Positions 20,342 through 30,871 of a DNA stretch of 64,000 nt are shown here, piece by piece. Made by a program: the position numbers and the translations under genes. Source of the stretch: Propionibacteriales bacterium (GTDB taxonomy: Bacteria; Actinomycetota; Actinomycetes; Propionibacteriales; Nocardioidaceae). The notes beneath the pieces were generated by a model. It was given only the letters and a program-made list of their open reading frames with translations. It was not told where the DNA came from and made no database searches. Location: the NCBI GenBank assembly GCA_038238115.1, contig JBBRYB010000015.1, positions 17,656 to 81,655 of the forward strand, given 5' to 3'. Within the stretch, counting starts at the first letter, position 1, and each line of letters begins with the position of its first letter.

Positions 20342-21120
20342 CCGACGCGACCAGCGATTCGCAGGGCGCCCAGGCGTCCAACCGGGCGTTCGAAGTGACC
20401 CCGCCGTCGGTCTACGCCGAGGAATGGGCCCGACGGGCGCGGGGCCTGCCCACCGGACCGCCGAGCAGCGTGCTGAGCCTGGCTGCCGGAGCGTCGGTGC
20501 TCGTCGTGGTTGCCCACCCCGACGACGAGACGTTCGGCGCCGGCGCCACGCTGTCCTCACTCGTCCTCGCCGGCGTCGGTGTGCATGTGGCCGCTCTCAC
20601 CTCGGGCGAGGCCGCCCTCGACCACGTGGGCAGGACGGTCTCCGGCCTGGGGGCACTGCGGCGCGCCGAGTTCGGCCGGGCATGTCGGGCTCTCGGGGTG
20701 AGCTCGTTCAGGGTGCTCGACCTGCCCGACAGTGGGCTGGCGGCTCACCCGAAGGAGGTCACCTCAGCCGTTGAAGAGCTGCTGGACAGCAACGCACCGA
20801 ACCACCTGCTCACCGTGTGGTGGAATGACCCGCACGACGACCACCAGGCGGTCGGACGGGCGGCGCTGAGCGTCAGTCGGGCGCGTGGCTGCCGGGTTAG
20901 CGGCTTTCCGATTTGGGCACAGCACTGGACAGACCCCACGAGAGTGCTCAACAAGGAGCGTTTCCATCTGATGTGCACAGACGCGCGCGCCCGCGATCAG
21001 CGGCGGAAGGCGACCTCGTGTTACCGCAGCCAGACGGAGCCGCTGATGGCCGACACAGCCGCGGTGCTCCCCGGGTCGATGCTGCGCTGGACGACCGAGC
21101 TCTTGGTGTGGCCGGCGTGA
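20338..21120 (+). CDS. PIG-L family (LmbE-like) deacetylase
   Basis: VVVAHPDDETFG and HDDH zinc-binding motifs. The ATG overlaps the topoisomerase stop (ATGA at 20338-20341). Confidence 0.8.
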   Translation: MTDATSDSQGAQASNRAFEVTPPSVYAEEWARRARGLPTGPPSSVLSLAAGASVLVVVAHPDDETFGAGATLSSLVLAGVGVHVAALTSGEAALDHVGRTVSGLGALRRAEFGRACRALGVSSFRVLDLPDSGLAAHPKEVTSAVEELLDSNAPNHLLTVWWNDPHDDHQAVGRAALSVSRARGCRVSGFPIWAQHWTDPTRVLNKERFHLMCTDARARDQRRKATSCYRSQTEPLMADTAAVLPGSMLRWTTELLVWPA

Positions 21121-21707
21121 GCTTCACCGACGACCGAGACGTTCAGACGCCGAACTTCGATGAGCTCTACCGGCGCGACCAGGACCCCTGGAGGGTCCAG
21201 TCGTCGTGGTATGAGCGGCGCAAGCTGGCTGTCTTGATGGCCGCGCTTCCACGGGAGCGCTACGCGATGGTGTGGGAGCCAGGCTGCGGGCCGGGCTTCT
21301 TGTCGTCGGTGCTGGCGCAGCGTGCCGACGAACTGATCGCCAGCGACTTCTCGTCGGTGGCCATCGAGCAGGCCCGGGAACGCTGCGACGGGCTCGACAA
21401 CGTGCGATGCGTCGTCTCCGAGCTGCCCGCGGTGCCCACCCACCGGCTTGCCGACCTCATCGTCGTGGCCGAGTTCCTCTACTACGTGAAAGACCTGGAG
21501 GCCGCCCTGGACTCCTTGTGGTCGACGCTCGCTCCCGGCGGAAACCTGGTGTTCATGCACTGGGCGCACCATCCCGAAGATGCCTTCCGGTCGGGTCGCG
21601 CCATGCATGTCGGCATCGCGCTCGACGCCAGTACCCGCGACGCCCCCCGCCTCGTGTCCCACATCGACAACGACTTCATGCTCGACGTCTACGAAGCGCC
21701 CGCATGA
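21117..21707 (+). CDS. NodS-like SAM-dependent methyltransferase
   Basis: FDELYRRDQDPWRVQSSWYERRK followed by the SAM motif I (EPGCGPGFL) is the NodS-family pattern. GTGA overlap at 21117-21120. Confidence 0.75.
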   Translation: MSFTDDRDVQTPNFDELYRRDQDPWRVQSSWYERRKLAVLMAALPRERYAMVWEPGCGPGFLSSVLAQRADELIASDFSSVAIEQARERCDGLDNVRCVVSELPAVPTHRLADLIVVAEFLYYVKDLEAALDSLWSTLAPGGNLVFMHWAHHPEDAFRSGRAMHVGIALDASTRDAPRLVSHIDNDFMLDVYEAPA

Positions 21708-22693
21708 CTGGAGACCTGCCAGCCGTCCTCAGCGACATCGACCCCGACAAACTGCGCGCCTCGACGGCCGACATGCGCACCGGACTGCGCACCGTCGCCG
21801 CGGCCACGGCCGGGTGGACCCGCGACTGGGAGGAGATGCTCCTCGGCCTGCGAGACGTCGCACGACTCGACCTGTGCCTGGCCCGGCTGATCGAGGGGCA
21901 TGCGGACGCCCTGCGTATCCTCGACGAGGCCGGAGCCTCCCCGCAGGACGGACTGTACGGAGTCTGGGCCTCCCGGTCGGTCGGCACCGGGCTGCGAGCG
22001 AGCCGTTGCGCGGCCGGGTGGCAGCTCACCGGAAAGCTGCGCTACGCGTCGGGCATCGACCTGATCGACCGTGCGCTGGTTCCCGGCTGGCCGGACGAGG
22101 AACACCATCTGCTTTTCGATATCTCAGCCGGACGGCTGACCGCCGACCGCGACTCCTGGAACTCACCAGCGATGGATGCCTCCCGGTCATTCACTGTCGA
22201 GTTCGAGTCTCAGTCGGCCGGGAACCCGATAGGTCCGACCAACTTCTACCTCGAGCGGCCGGGGTTCGTGGCCGGTGGTCTCGGACCCGCGGCCGTTTGG
22301 GCCGGTGGGGTCCACCAGATCGCGGAGGTCGTCGCCGCAGGCCTGCGCCGGTTCACGGCGACGCCGCACCAGCTGCGCCGTCTCGGGCTCATCGACCAAG
22401 CCGCCTGGTCGTGTGACGCGGCCTTGCAGCAGGGAATGCGCGCCCTGTCGTACCCAGCCGACCACGAGGTCAAAGCCACCGTCTCGGGGGCGCGCACTGC
22501 CATTGCGATCGCCTGCGAGGCCGCCGCCGCCGAGGCGCCGCACATCGTCGGGCCCGGCGGGCTGAGCACCAACCGTCGTCTCGCGAGGGTGCTTGGTGAC
22601 CTGGCGATGTATGTCCGCCAACATCACCTCGACGCCACGCTCGAGGCCCTGGGTGGGCGGGCGCTCGCAGATCGCCGAACGGTGGGTCCTTGA
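21704..22693 (+). CDS. acyl-CoA dehydrogenase-like protein (short form)
   Basis: About 330 aa with ACAD middle and C-terminal domain-like sequence. ATGA overlap at 21704-21707. The assignment is weaker than for its neighbours. Confidence 0.6.
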   Translation: MTGDLPAVLSDIDPDKLRASTADMRTGLRTVAAATAGWTRDWEEMLLGLRDVARLDLCLARLIEGHADALRILDEAGASPQDGLYGVWASRSVGTGLRASRCAAGWQLTGKLRYASGIDLIDRALVPGWPDEEHHLLFDISAGRLTADRDSWNSPAMDASRSFTVEFESQSAGNPIGPTNFYLERPGFVAGGLGPAAVWAGGVHQIAEVVAAGLRRFTATPHQLRRLGLIDQAAWSCDAALQQGMRALSYPADHEVKATVSGARTAIAIACEAAAAEAPHIVGPGGLSTNRRLARVLGDLAMYVRQHHLDATLEALGGRALADRRTVGP

Positions 22694-23526
22694 GCAGCGA
22701 CCGCACGCACATCCCATCCGTCGTCATCGCGGTCCCGGCGCGAGACGAGCGCGACAGCATGCACGACTGCCTGACGGGGCTTCGCGTGGCGGTCCGTCAC
22801 GCCCAGAAGCGAGGCCTGGTCACGGCGGTCAAGGTCGTCGTGGTGGCGCACCAGTGCACCGACGAGACGGCCGACATCGCCCGAGCGGTGGTGGGGCGGC
22901 ACCTCGATGGAGATGTGGTCGTGCTCGACGACGATGCCTGGGTCGGCCATGTCCGTGACCTCGGCGTACGGGTGGGCCTGGAATCCCTCCCGCCCTCTAC
23001 CGCGCCGACGTGGATACTGTCGACCGATGCCGATACCGTCGTCGGTCGCGACTGGATCACGCAAACCCTGACCGAAGCCGCGGCCGCGAAGGCTGACTGT
23101 GTCGTTGGGCTCGTACGACTGGACGCCTGGCGCGGCAGCGAGGCCGCGCGACGCAGCTACGAGCGCATTCTCGCTGCCAAGATGCATCCGCTCGACCCCC
23201 AGCACAGCCATGATCATGTGTACGGAGCGAACCTCGCCATCAGATCCGACGCCTATCTCGCCGTCGGCGGGTTCCCGACGACGGGCCACGGAGAGGACCA
23301 GCGCCTCGTGGATGCGCTGAGCGAGGCAGGCTATGCGGTGGTCCGGACCAGTACCGTCCAGGTCACCACGAGCGGGCGACTGGAGGGCCGCGCCGCCGAC
23401 GGGCTCGCGACGCTGATCCGACGCCTCGACGAGCAACAGTCGTCGACGGCCCCGGCGCAGACGCGGGTCCTACCCGATCCCGGCGCGGAACGCTCACGGT
23501 CGAGAGTCGCCGCCGTCACGGAATGA
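22690..23526 (+). CDS. family 2 glycosyltransferase
   Basis: VVIAVPARDE at the N-terminus and a DxD-type motif (STDADT). TTGA overlap at 22690-22693. No obvious transmembrane segments. Confidence 0.75.
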   Translation: MSSDRTHIPSVVIAVPARDERDSMHDCLTGLRVAVRHAQKRGLVTAVKVVVVAHQCTDETADIARAVVGRHLDGDVVVLDDDAWVGHVRDLGVRVGLESLPPSTAPTWILSTDADTVVGRDWITQTLTEAAAAKADCVVGLVRLDAWRGSEAARRSYERILAAKMHPLDPQHSHDHVYGANLAIRSDAYLAVGGFPTTGHGEDQRLVDALSEAGYAVVRTSTVQVTTSGRLEGRAADGLATLIRRLDEQQSSTAPAQTRVLPDPGAERSRSRVAAVTE

Positions 23527-23610
23527 TCCGGGCGACGACGGGCACGTGCAAGACGTCTGGGCAGCGCACATCGAAGGGAAGGTGCGCGAGCCACACACTA
23601 CGAAGAGGAG

Positions 23611-24201
23611 ATGGCAAAGATGAGCCCGATCGAAGGAACCTACACAGTCCCCGGTATGTCGCTTGAGGACGGCCACAAGGTCGCCTCGGCGCTACAAGAC
23701 CGGCTGCATGCCCTCAACGACCTCCAGCTGACCCTCAAGCATGCTCACTGGAATGTCGTGGGCCGCGACTTCATCGGCGTGCACGAGATGCTCGACCCTC
23801 AGATCGATGTGGTGCGCGCGGCAGTCGACACGACGGCCGAGCGGATGGCCACCCTGGGTGTGTCGCCGATGGGAACGCCTGGCGCCATCGTCGAGGAGCG
23901 CTCGTGGGACGACTACTCGCTGGGGCGTGCCAGCGTCGAGGAGCACCTTGCCGCCCTCGACATCGTCTACACCGGTGTCATCTGCGACCACCGCAAGGCG
24001 ATGGACGTCGTCGGCGAGCTCGACCGGGTGACCGAAGACATGCTGATCGGTCAGATCGCTGGGCTGGAACAGTTCCAGTGGTTCGTGCGGGCACACCTCG
24101 AGACCAATGCCGGCGACCTCGAGACGGACGGCGCGATGACCGAGCAGGGCGCGGCCGAGCAGGTCAGGGCAGCCCCGGACAGCACCTCGGCGGCGGGCTG
24201 A
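23611..24201 (+). CDS. dps: Dps, DNA starvation/stationary-phase protection protein
   Basis: LKHAHWNVVGRDFIGVHEMLD ferroxidase-site motif. SD GAAGAGGAG directly upstream. Confidence 0.9.
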   Translation: MAKMSPIEGTYTVPGMSLEDGHKVASALQDRLHALNDLQLTLKHAHWNVVGRDFIGVHEMLDPQIDVVRAAVDTTAERMATLGVSPMGTPGAIVEERSWDDYSLGRASVEEHLAALDIVYTGVICDHRKAMDVVGELDRVTEDMLIGQIAGLEQFQWFVRAHLETNAGDLETDGAMTEQGAAEQVRAAPDSTSAAG

Positions 24202-24294
24202 ACCAGTTCCTCGGCGGCGTCTCGACCAAGGCGGCACAGGCGCCTGACCCGCATGTCGGCGGTGAGCACGTCGCCGAGCATTCCGGCGGCCGGC

Positions 24295-25176
24295 TTATAC
24301 GACGGTGAGCACCTCGGCTCCGGCGTCTGTGACCACCAGGGTGTGCTCGAACTGGGCGCTGCGCCGACGGTCCTTGGTCACGACGGTCCAGCCGTCCTCC
24401 CATATGTCCCACTCGATCGTGCCCAGCGTGAGCATTGGCTCGATGGTGAACGTCATACCCGTCCGCATCATTGTGTCGAACCGCGGGTCGTCGTAGTGAG
24501 GGATGATCAGGCCTGAGTGGAACGACGTGTTGACTCCGTGGCCGGTGAAGTCCGTGACGACGCCGTAGCCGAAGCGCCTGGCGTAGGACTCGATCACCCG
24601 CCCGACCACGTTGACCCGGCGGCCGGGCATGACGGCCCGAATGGCGCGGCGGAGCGACTCCTTCGTACGCTCGACCAGCAGACGGCTGTCGTCGTCGACG
24701 TCACCGACGAGGAACGTCGCGTTGGTGTCCCCGTGGACGCCGCCGATGTAGGCGGTGATGTCGATGTTGCAGATGTCGCCGTCCTCGAGACGGCGGGAGT
24801 CGGGGATGCCGTGGCAGATGCACTCGTTGACGGACGTGCAAAGCGACTTCGGGAAGCCCTTGTAACCGAGGGTCGATGGGTAGGCGCCGTGGTCGCAGAG
24901 GAACTCGTGACCGACCCGGTCCACCTCGTCGGTCGTGACGCCCGGGGCGATCACCGCACCGGCCGCCTGAAGGGCCCGTGCCGCGATCCGGCTGGCAACG
25001 CGCATCTTCTCGATGACCTCAGGTGTCTGGACGTCTCCGGCGAGGTGACGCTCGGGACCGGTTCGTCCGACGTACTCCGGTCGCATGATCGACGCGGGCA
25101 CCTGGCGGCGCGGGGACACCACGCCAGCGGTCAACACAGTCACGGCCCGAGTGTAGTTTCTGGATCGAGACGGCAC
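24295..25176 (-). CDS. map: type I methionine aminopeptidase (type Ic, N-terminal extension)
   Basis: Near collinear with my recollection of Mtb MapB: [53 protein letters not shown]. Confidence 0.95.
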   Translation of the reverse strand: MPSRSRNYTRAVTVLTAGVVSPRRQVPASIMRPEYVGRTGPERHLAGDVQTPEVIEKMRVASRIAARALQAAGAVIAPGVTTDEVDRVGHEFLCDHGAYPSTLGYKGFPKSLCTSVNECICHGIPDSRRLEDGDICNIDITAYIGGVHGDTNATFLVGDVDDDSRLLVERTKESLRRAIRAVMPGRRVNVVGRVIESYARRFGYGVVTDFTGHGVNTSFHSGLIIPHYDDPRFDTMMRTGMTFTIEPMLTLGTIEWDIWEDGWTVVTKDRRRSAQFEHTLVVTDAGAEVLTVV

Positions 25177-25242
25177 GATGTCTCAGTACGAGAGACCCGT
25201 CACGACTGTCACGCGGACTCATCTGCGACGAAAGGACATGCC

Positions 25243-25422
25243 ATGGCTGACCGCTACTACTACTGCGTCAAGCATCACGCCGTCGAGACGGCGGACGGCT
25301 GCCCGGCGATTGACCGGCTCGGCCCCTACGCCACCCGCGCCGAGGCCGAGCACGCGCTGGAGAAGGCCAAGCAGCGCAACGAGGACTGGGACAACGATCC
25401 CGCCTGGAACGACGACAAGTAA
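25243..25422 (+). CDS. small conserved hypothetical protein (59 aa)
   Basis: MADRYYYCVKHHAVETADGCP...NDPAWNDDK. ATG is preceded by AAAGGA. A compact, acidic C-terminus typical of a small actinobacterial protein. Confidence 0.6.
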   Translation: MADRYYYCVKHHAVETADGCPAIDRLGPYATRAEAEHALEKAKQRNEDWDNDPAWNDDK

Positions 25423-25423
25423 G

Positions 25424-26143
25424 GTGCGGCGGGTCGTCTCCCTCGTCCCGTCGCTGACCGAGAGCGTCGCCGCCTCGGCACCTGAGCTGCTCGTGGGTGT
25501 CACGGACTGGTGCACCCATCCGGCGGGACTGGACGCCCTCCGCGTCGGCGGCACGAAGAACCCGCGGGTCGGCGACGTCGTTGCGCTCAGGCCGGATGTG
25601 GTCCTTGCCAACGATGAGGAGAACCGCGCACCCGACATCGACGCCTTGCGGGCTGCCGGCATCTTCGTGTGGGTGACGGACTATGCCACGGTGCCGGCCG
25701 CTCTCCGGGGACTGGGCGAGATGCTCGCCATGCTCGGTCAGGGCCGTCCGCCGTGGCTCGTTGCGGCCCAGCGTGCGTGGGCGGCGCCGTGGCAAGCCCA
25801 GCGGTGTACGGCGCTCGTGCCGATCTGGCGGCGGCCGTGGATGGCCGTCGGGCGCGACACCTTCACCGGTGACGTGCTGCGCCGACTCGGCGTGCACAAC
25901 GTGCTGGCCGGCCACGAGGAGCGCTACCCCCGCGTGGACCTCGATGCCTTGCCGCCGTTCGACGTCGTCGTGCTTCCTGACGAGCCCTATGCCTTCGCGG
26001 TGGACGACGGGCCCGAGGCGTTCTCCACGCCGGCTCGGCTCGTCTCGGGGCGGCACCTCACCTGGTACGGGCCGTCGCTGGTCGAGGCGCGGGACGTCCT
26101 GCGGCACCAGCTATGGGACGTGCCGGCTCAGCTGAGTCCCTAG
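25424..26143 (+). CDS. helical-backbone metal receptor / cobalamin-binding-like protein (TroA fold)
   Basis: [13 protein letters not shown]...[11 protein letters not shown] is typical of class III periplasmic-binding-fold proteins. GTG 25424 follows the preceding stop by 1 nt. Confidence 0.7.
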   Translation: MRRVVSLVPSLTESVAASAPELLVGVTDWCTHPAGLDALRVGGTKNPRVGDVVALRPDVVLANDEENRAPDIDALRAAGIFVWVTDYATVPAALRGLGEMLAMLGQGRPPWLVAAQRAWAAPWQAQRCTALVPIWRRPWMAVGRDTFTGDVLRRLGVHNVLAGHEERYPRVDLDALPPFDVVVLPDEPYAFAVDDGPEAFSTPARLVSGRHLTWYGPSLVEARDVLRHQLWDVPAQLSP

Positions 26144-26988
26144 AACGTGTGCTCGTCCGCTGGAAAGGCGCCGGAGGCGACCTCGGCGGCGTAGTCCTGG
26201 GCGGCCTTCAGCAGCGTGGCGTGCAGGTCGGCGTACTGCTTGACGAACCTGGGCATCCGGCCGGTGCGCAGGCCGGCCATGTCCTGCCAGACGAGCACCT
26301 GCGCGTCGCATTCGGGACCTGCGCCGATGCCGACGGTCGGGATGTCGAGCCGCTTCGTGATTTGGGTGGCGACGTCGCCCGGCACCATCTCCATGACGAC
26401 CGCGAAGGATCCGGCGCTCTGCAGGGCGAGGGCGCTGTCGACGAGCTCTTGGCTCCGCTCGCCCCTGCCCTGAACGCGGTAGCCACCGAGCCCGTGCTCG
26501 GACTGCGGCGTGAAACCGATGTGCGCCATCACGGGAATGCCGCTCGTGGTCAGCAGCTTGACCTGCGGCACCATCTCGAGACCACCTTCGAGCTTCACAG
26601 CGTGGGCGCCGGCCTCCTTCATGAACCGGACAGCGGTATGAAACGCCTGCTCGGGCGAGGCCTGGTAGGAGCCGAACGGGAGGTCCGCGATCACGAGCGC
26701 CCGCTCGACGGATCGAGTTACGGCGCGGACCAGCGGGATCAGCTCGTCGACGGTGACGGGCAGCGACGTCTCGTTGCCGTAGACATTGTTGCTTGCCGAG
26801 TCACCGACGAGGAGCACGGGGATGCCCGCCTCGTCGAAGGTGCGTGCGGCGTACTGCTCGTAGGCCGTGAGCATCGCCCACTTCTCACCGCGCCGCTTCA
26901 TCTCCAGCAGGTGGTGGGTCCTGACCCGGCGGATGGGGTGCTCCGCCGCTGGCGGGCCGGTCCCGGCGGTCGGTGCTGTCTCACTCAT
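26140..26988 (-). CDS. panB: 3-methyl-2-oxobutanoate hydroxymethyltransferase
   Basis: [50 protein letters not shown]. The start is set at ATG 26988 (MSETAP). Confidence 0.9.
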   Translation of the reverse strand: MSETAPTAGTGPPAAEHPIRRVRTHHLLEMKRRGEKWAMLTAYEQYAARTFDEAGIPVLLVGDSASNNVYGNETSLPVTVDELIPLVRAVTRSVERALVIADLPFGSYQASPEQAFHTAVRFMKEAGAHAVKLEGGLEMVPQVKLLTTSGIPVMAHIGFTPQSEHGLGGYRVQGRGERSQELVDSALALQSAGSFAVVMEMVPGDVATQITKRLDIPTVGIGAGPECDAQVLVWQDMAGLRTGRMPRFVKQYADLHATLLKAAQDYAAEVASGAFPADEHTF

Positions 26989-27122
26989 CAGGAGCCTCGT
27001 CACTGCGCGTCTCGCGGCTCCCTGGTGGAGTCCACGGATCTCGTCCCAGCCTGGCACGGTCCCTCGGCGGCGGCGACCCTAGCCACCTGTCTGCTCCGTC
27101 ACGTCCAGCGGCTCGTGCTGGA

Positions 27123-27866
27123 CTACCCGCCCCAGCCCATCGCGAACACCTCGAAGGAGGCGGCCATCGGCGTACCCATCCGTGTGCCCGTGGCGCGGGC
27201 GATCCCTTCGAGGAACTCCGACGGGTCGAAGTCGGCCCAGCCCAGCCCGTCGATGTACGCCGCGTGAGCCGCCAGCGAGGCCACGCCGAGCTCGAACGTG
27301 TCGGTCGTGTCGACGCCGTGCGCGGCGGCCGGCGAACCGCCCGCCCAGACCGCGCTCACTCCACCCCACGGCTCGAGCCCGTCGACGAGTTGGTCAGCGA
27401 AGACCCAGCGGTTTCCGGCGTCCCGGACGGCGTCGAGAACTGCCTTCCCGACGGCGATGTGGTCGGCCTGGTTGAGGTTCTGCCCTCCGAAGGTGTCGCG
27501 GAAGTTGCCGGTGATGACGATGTCGGGCCGGTGCCGCCGCACGGTCTCGGCGATCGCGGCGCGCAGCGGCACGCCGTACTCCACGACGCCATCGGGAAAG
27601 CCCAGGAACTCGACCGTCTCGACGCCCACGATCCGTGCCGACTCCACCTGCTCGGCCTCTCGGACCGCCCGGCACACGTCAGGGGCAAGGCCGTCGATCC
27701 CTGCCTCGCCGCTCGTCACCATCACGTAGCTGATGTGCTTGCCCTGCCTGGTCCACCGGGCGATCGCGGCGGCCGCACCGAACTCGAGGTCATCGGGATG
27801 GGCGACGACGGCGAGAGCGCGGGCCCACGACTCGTCCAGGGGCAGCAGCGGCTCGGGAGCATCCAT
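27123..27866 (-). CDS. PIG-L family deacetylase
   Basis: VVAHPDDLEFG and ADHIAVG motifs. The start is set at ATG 27866 to avoid overlap with the divergent gene. Confidence 0.75.
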   Translation of the reverse strand: MDAPEPLLPLDESWARALAVVAHPDDLEFGAAAAIARWTRQGKHISYVMVTSGEAGIDGLAPDVCRAVREAEQVESARIVGVETVEFLGFPDGVVEYGVPLRAAIAETVRRHRPDIVITGNFRDTFGGQNLNQADHIAVGKAVLDAVRDAGNRWVFADQLVDGLEPWGGVSAVWAGGSPAAAHGVDTTDTFELGVASLAAHAAYIDGLGWADFDPSEFLEGIARATGTRMGTPMAASFEVFAMGWGG

Positions 27867-27948
27867 GCGATCACTTTGGCACCCGTTGGCCATGCCAAGG
27901 AAGCCTGCCCCACGGAACAACGCCCAGAACCCTCGCGTTGGGCCGGTC

Positions 27949-28977
27949 ATGACCGCACCCGCCGACACCGTCCCCATCTCGGTCCTTGACTTCGTCGGCA
28001 TCGAGCACGGTCAGTCCGCCTCTGCCGCGATCAGCGGAGCGGTCGAGATTGCGCGCGCCGTGGAGGAGGCCGGCTTCAGGCGCTACTGGGTCTCCGAGCA
28101 CCACAACATGTCGAGTCTCGCGTGCAGCGCGCCCGAGATCCTGACGGCTCATGTCGCCGCGAGGACCCAGCGGATCCGAGTGGGTGCCGCCGGGATCATG
28201 CTGCCAAACCACGCGCCCTTCAAGGTCGCGGAGATGTTCCGGACGCTGATGGCGATGTATCCGAGCCGGATCGATCTCGCCCTCGGGCGCGCACCCGGCA
28301 CCGACCCGCTGACCGCCCACGTCCTGCGTCGAGGCCTGAGCACAGACCCGGGCGCGGACTTCCCCGCTCAGGTCGCCGAGCTGCTCGCGTTCCTCGGCGA
28401 GGGTTTCCCCGAGGGTCATCCGTACGGGAGGCTCATCGCCGCACCGGTCGTCGACGAGGTGCCAGAGCTGTTCGTCCTCGGTTCGAGCCACTACGGGCCG
28501 CGGTTCGCGGCGGTGAACGGGATGAGCGCGGTGTTCGCCCACCACATGAGCCCGGACTTGACGTTCGAGTGCCTGCGGGAGTATCGGCGCGACTTCCGCC
28601 CACGCACGGAGGGCGCCTCGCCGTACTCCGCGATGTCGGTGCTCGCCTTCGCCAGTGACGACGAGGACGCGACCCGGGAGTTCGTCGCGATGTGGACGCT
28701 GACCTTGCGCAACCTTGCCCGGGGCGTCCGCGAACCGCTACGGCCGGAAGAGGTGCTGGACTTCGCACGGTCGCGGGAGGGTCGCGCGAGCCGCCTGGAC
28801 GACTCGCGGATGGTGACCGGCCCGGCCAAGCGTGTCGTCGAGCGGCTCCAGGAGATGAAGGAGGAGGCGCGGGCCGACGAGCTGGTCCTTGTCACTCCCG
28901 GACTGGACCGGGAGCGGCGCGCGAACAGCTTCGCCGCAATCGCCGCCGGCTGGCGTCAGGCCGTGCCGCTCTCCTGA
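27949..28977 (+). CDS. LLM-class flavin-dependent oxidoreductase (luciferase-like)
   Basis: RRYWVSEHHNMSSLACSAPEIL and GIMLPNHAPFKVAE are typical of the family. Confidence 0.8.
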   Translation: MTAPADTVPISVLDFVGIEHGQSASAAISGAVEIARAVEEAGFRRYWVSEHHNMSSLACSAPEILTAHVAARTQRIRVGAAGIMLPNHAPFKVAEMFRTLMAMYPSRIDLALGRAPGTDPLTAHVLRRGLSTDPGADFPAQVAELLAFLGEGFPEGHPYGRLIAAPVVDEVPELFVLGSSHYGPRFAAVNGMSAVFAHHMSPDLTFECLREYRRDFRPRTEGASPYSAMSVLAFASDDEDATREFVAMWTLTLRNLARGVREPLRPEEVLDFARSREGRASRLDDSRMVTGPAKRVVERLQEMKEEARADELVLVTPGLDRERRANSFAAIAAGWRQAVPLS

Positions 28978-28999
28978 CGTGGGTGGCTGCTCGCCAGCC

Positions 29000-30757
29000 T
29001 CAGGGGGAGAGCTGCTCGCGCCACCGGTTGGTGATGGGGACACGGCGGTCCCGGCCGAAGTTTCGGACCGAGATCTTTGGCCCGGTGGGGAACTGGCGGC
29101 GCTTGAACTCGGCCGTGTCGACGAGGGTGACCACCCGCTCGACGAGGGCCGGGTCGAAACCCTCAGCGACGAGCTCCGCCGACCCCTTGTCCTGCTCGAC
29201 GTAGGCGTCGAGCACGGCGTCGAGCAGCTCGTACGGCGGCAGCGAGTCACTGTCGAGCTGACCCGGTCGCAGCTCCGCCGAGGGCGCCTTGCTGATCGTG
29301 TTCTCGGGGATGGGCGGCTGCTCACCTCGGCGTACCGCTTCGGCGTTGCGCCAGCGGGCAAGCTGCCACACCAGTGTCTTCGGGACGTCCTTGATCGGCG
29401 CATAGCCGCCGACGGCGTCGCCGTAGATCGTGGAATACCCGGTGGCCAGCTCGCTCTTGTTGCCGCAGGCGAGGACGAGATGGCCGTGCTGGTTGGACAG
29501 CGCCATCCACACGACGGCTCGGACGCGGGCCTGCAGGTTCTCCTCGGCAAGTCCGTCGACGTTGATCATCTGGTTGAACGCGGTGACCATCGGCGCGATC
29601 GGGACGGTGTCGAGGGTCAGGCCGGTGCGCTTGGCCAGCTCGGCGGCGTCGGTCCTGGAATGGTCCGTGGACCACTCGCTGGGGTTCGAGACCCCGAACA
29701 CCCGGTCGGCGCCCAGCGCATCACAGGCGATTGTGCCGACAAGCGTCGAGTCGATTCCGCCGGAAAGGCCCATCAGCACGGAGCGGAAGCCGTTCTTCGC
29801 GACGTAGTCGCGCAGGCCCGTCACCAGTGCGGTGTAGACCTCGCCCAGGTCGTCGAGGGGGTTGCCGAGCACGGCGGGGACAGGCTCGAAAGGCGGGACG
29901 GGCTCCCGCGAGACGATCGTGCGTTGCACCCGCAGGCCGAAGAACCGGGCCTCGGGGTCGGGCATCGAGGCCGTGGCCAGCGGCAGGTCGAGGTCGACCA
30001 CCAGCAGCTCGGCCTCGAACTGCCTCGCCCTGGCGACCAGGTTCCCGCGGGCATCGACCACGAGGGAGTCTCCGTCGAAGACGAGCTCGTCCTGACCGCC
30101 GACGAGGTTGACGTAGGCCAGCGCACAGGCGCCCTCCCGGGCCCGGCGTGCGCACAGCTCCAGCCGGAGATCATCCTTGCGACGTTCGTACGGCGACCCG
30201 TTCGGCACCACCAGGAGCGCAGCCTCCGCCGCGTCGGCCGCCGCCGAGGGACCGTCCTGCCACAGGTCCTCGCAGATCGCGACCGCGACGTCGATGCCAT
30301 GCACCTGCACGATCTGAACCGTGTCGCCGGGCACGAAGTTGCGCCTCTCGTCGCCCACGCCATAGTTCCACAGGTGATGCTTGGCCTGGCGGGCGACGAC
30401 ACGCCCGCCGGCCACCACGGCCACGGCGTTCTGCGGCGACCCCTTCGGTTGGCCGAGCTCGGCAGGTGCATCCGTGACACGGTCGAGGTAGCCGATCACG
30501 GCCACGATGTCGCCGAGCCCTTCGTCGGCCAGCGTCGACGCGAGCCGGTCCATCGCCGTACGCGAGGCCTCGATGAACGACGCACGCAGCGCCAGGTCCT
30601 CGATCGGGTAGCCCGTGAGCACCATCTCGGGAAGCACGACGAGATGCGCGCCGCGCGCGTGTGCCGAGCGGATCGAGTCGGCGATCAGCGTCGAGTTGCC
30701 GGTGATGTCGCCGACTGTGGGGTTGACCTGAGCGAGCGCGAGGCGCAGTTGTGGCAC
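29000..30757 (-). CDS. nadE: glutamine-dependent NAD+ synthetase
   Basis: N-terminal nitrilase domain (LRLALAQVNPTVGD, VLPEMVLTGYP) and C-terminal synthetase domain (GLSGGIDS). GTG start at 30757. Only the downstream (lower-coordinate) 586 codons of the 780-aa ORF are used. Confidence 0.9.
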   Translation of the reverse strand: MPQLRLALAQVNPTVGDITGNSTLIADSIRSAHARGAHLVVLPEMVLTGYPIEDLALRASFIEASRTAMDRLASTLADEGLGDIVAVIGYLDRVTDAPAELGQPKGSPQNAVAVVAGGRVVARQAKHHLWNYGVGDERRNFVPGDTVQIVQVHGIDVAVAICEDLWQDGPSAAADAAEAALLVVPNGSPYERRKDDLRLELCARRAREGACALAYVNLVGGQDELVFDGDSLVVDARGNLVARARQFEAELLVVDLDLPLATASMPDPEARFFGLRVQRTIVSREPVPPFEPVPAVLGNPLDDLGEVYTALVTGLRDYVAKNGFRSVLMGLSGGIDSTLVGTIACDALGADRVFGVSNPSEWSTDHSRTDAAELAKRTGLTLDTVPIAPMVTAFNQMINVDGLAEENLQARVRAVVWMALSNQHGHLVLACGNKSELATGYSTIYGDAVGGYAPIKDVPKTLVWQLARWRNAEAVRRGEQPPIPENTISKAPSAELRPGQLDSDSLPPYELLDAVLDAYVEQDKGSAELVAEGFDPALVERVVTLVDTAEFKRRQFPTGPKISVRNFGRDRRVPITNRWREQLSP

Positions 30758-30871
30758 GGTTCGAGCGTAGTGGGGAGTGTGGCGACCCCTCCGGGCCACC
30801 ACACTGGCAGGCGCCAGGGAAGTGGTGGTGTGTTTACGCGCCGGAAACATGCGACGGGCAGGATGGGCGTC

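Noticed and set aside
30833-30848. Single GlnR-like a-b unit upstream of glnA2.
   Set aside because: It is only one half of the usual double box, its a-site is imperfect, and it lies very close (24 nt) to the start codon. It is mentioned under the glnA box finding but is too weak to list as a feature.
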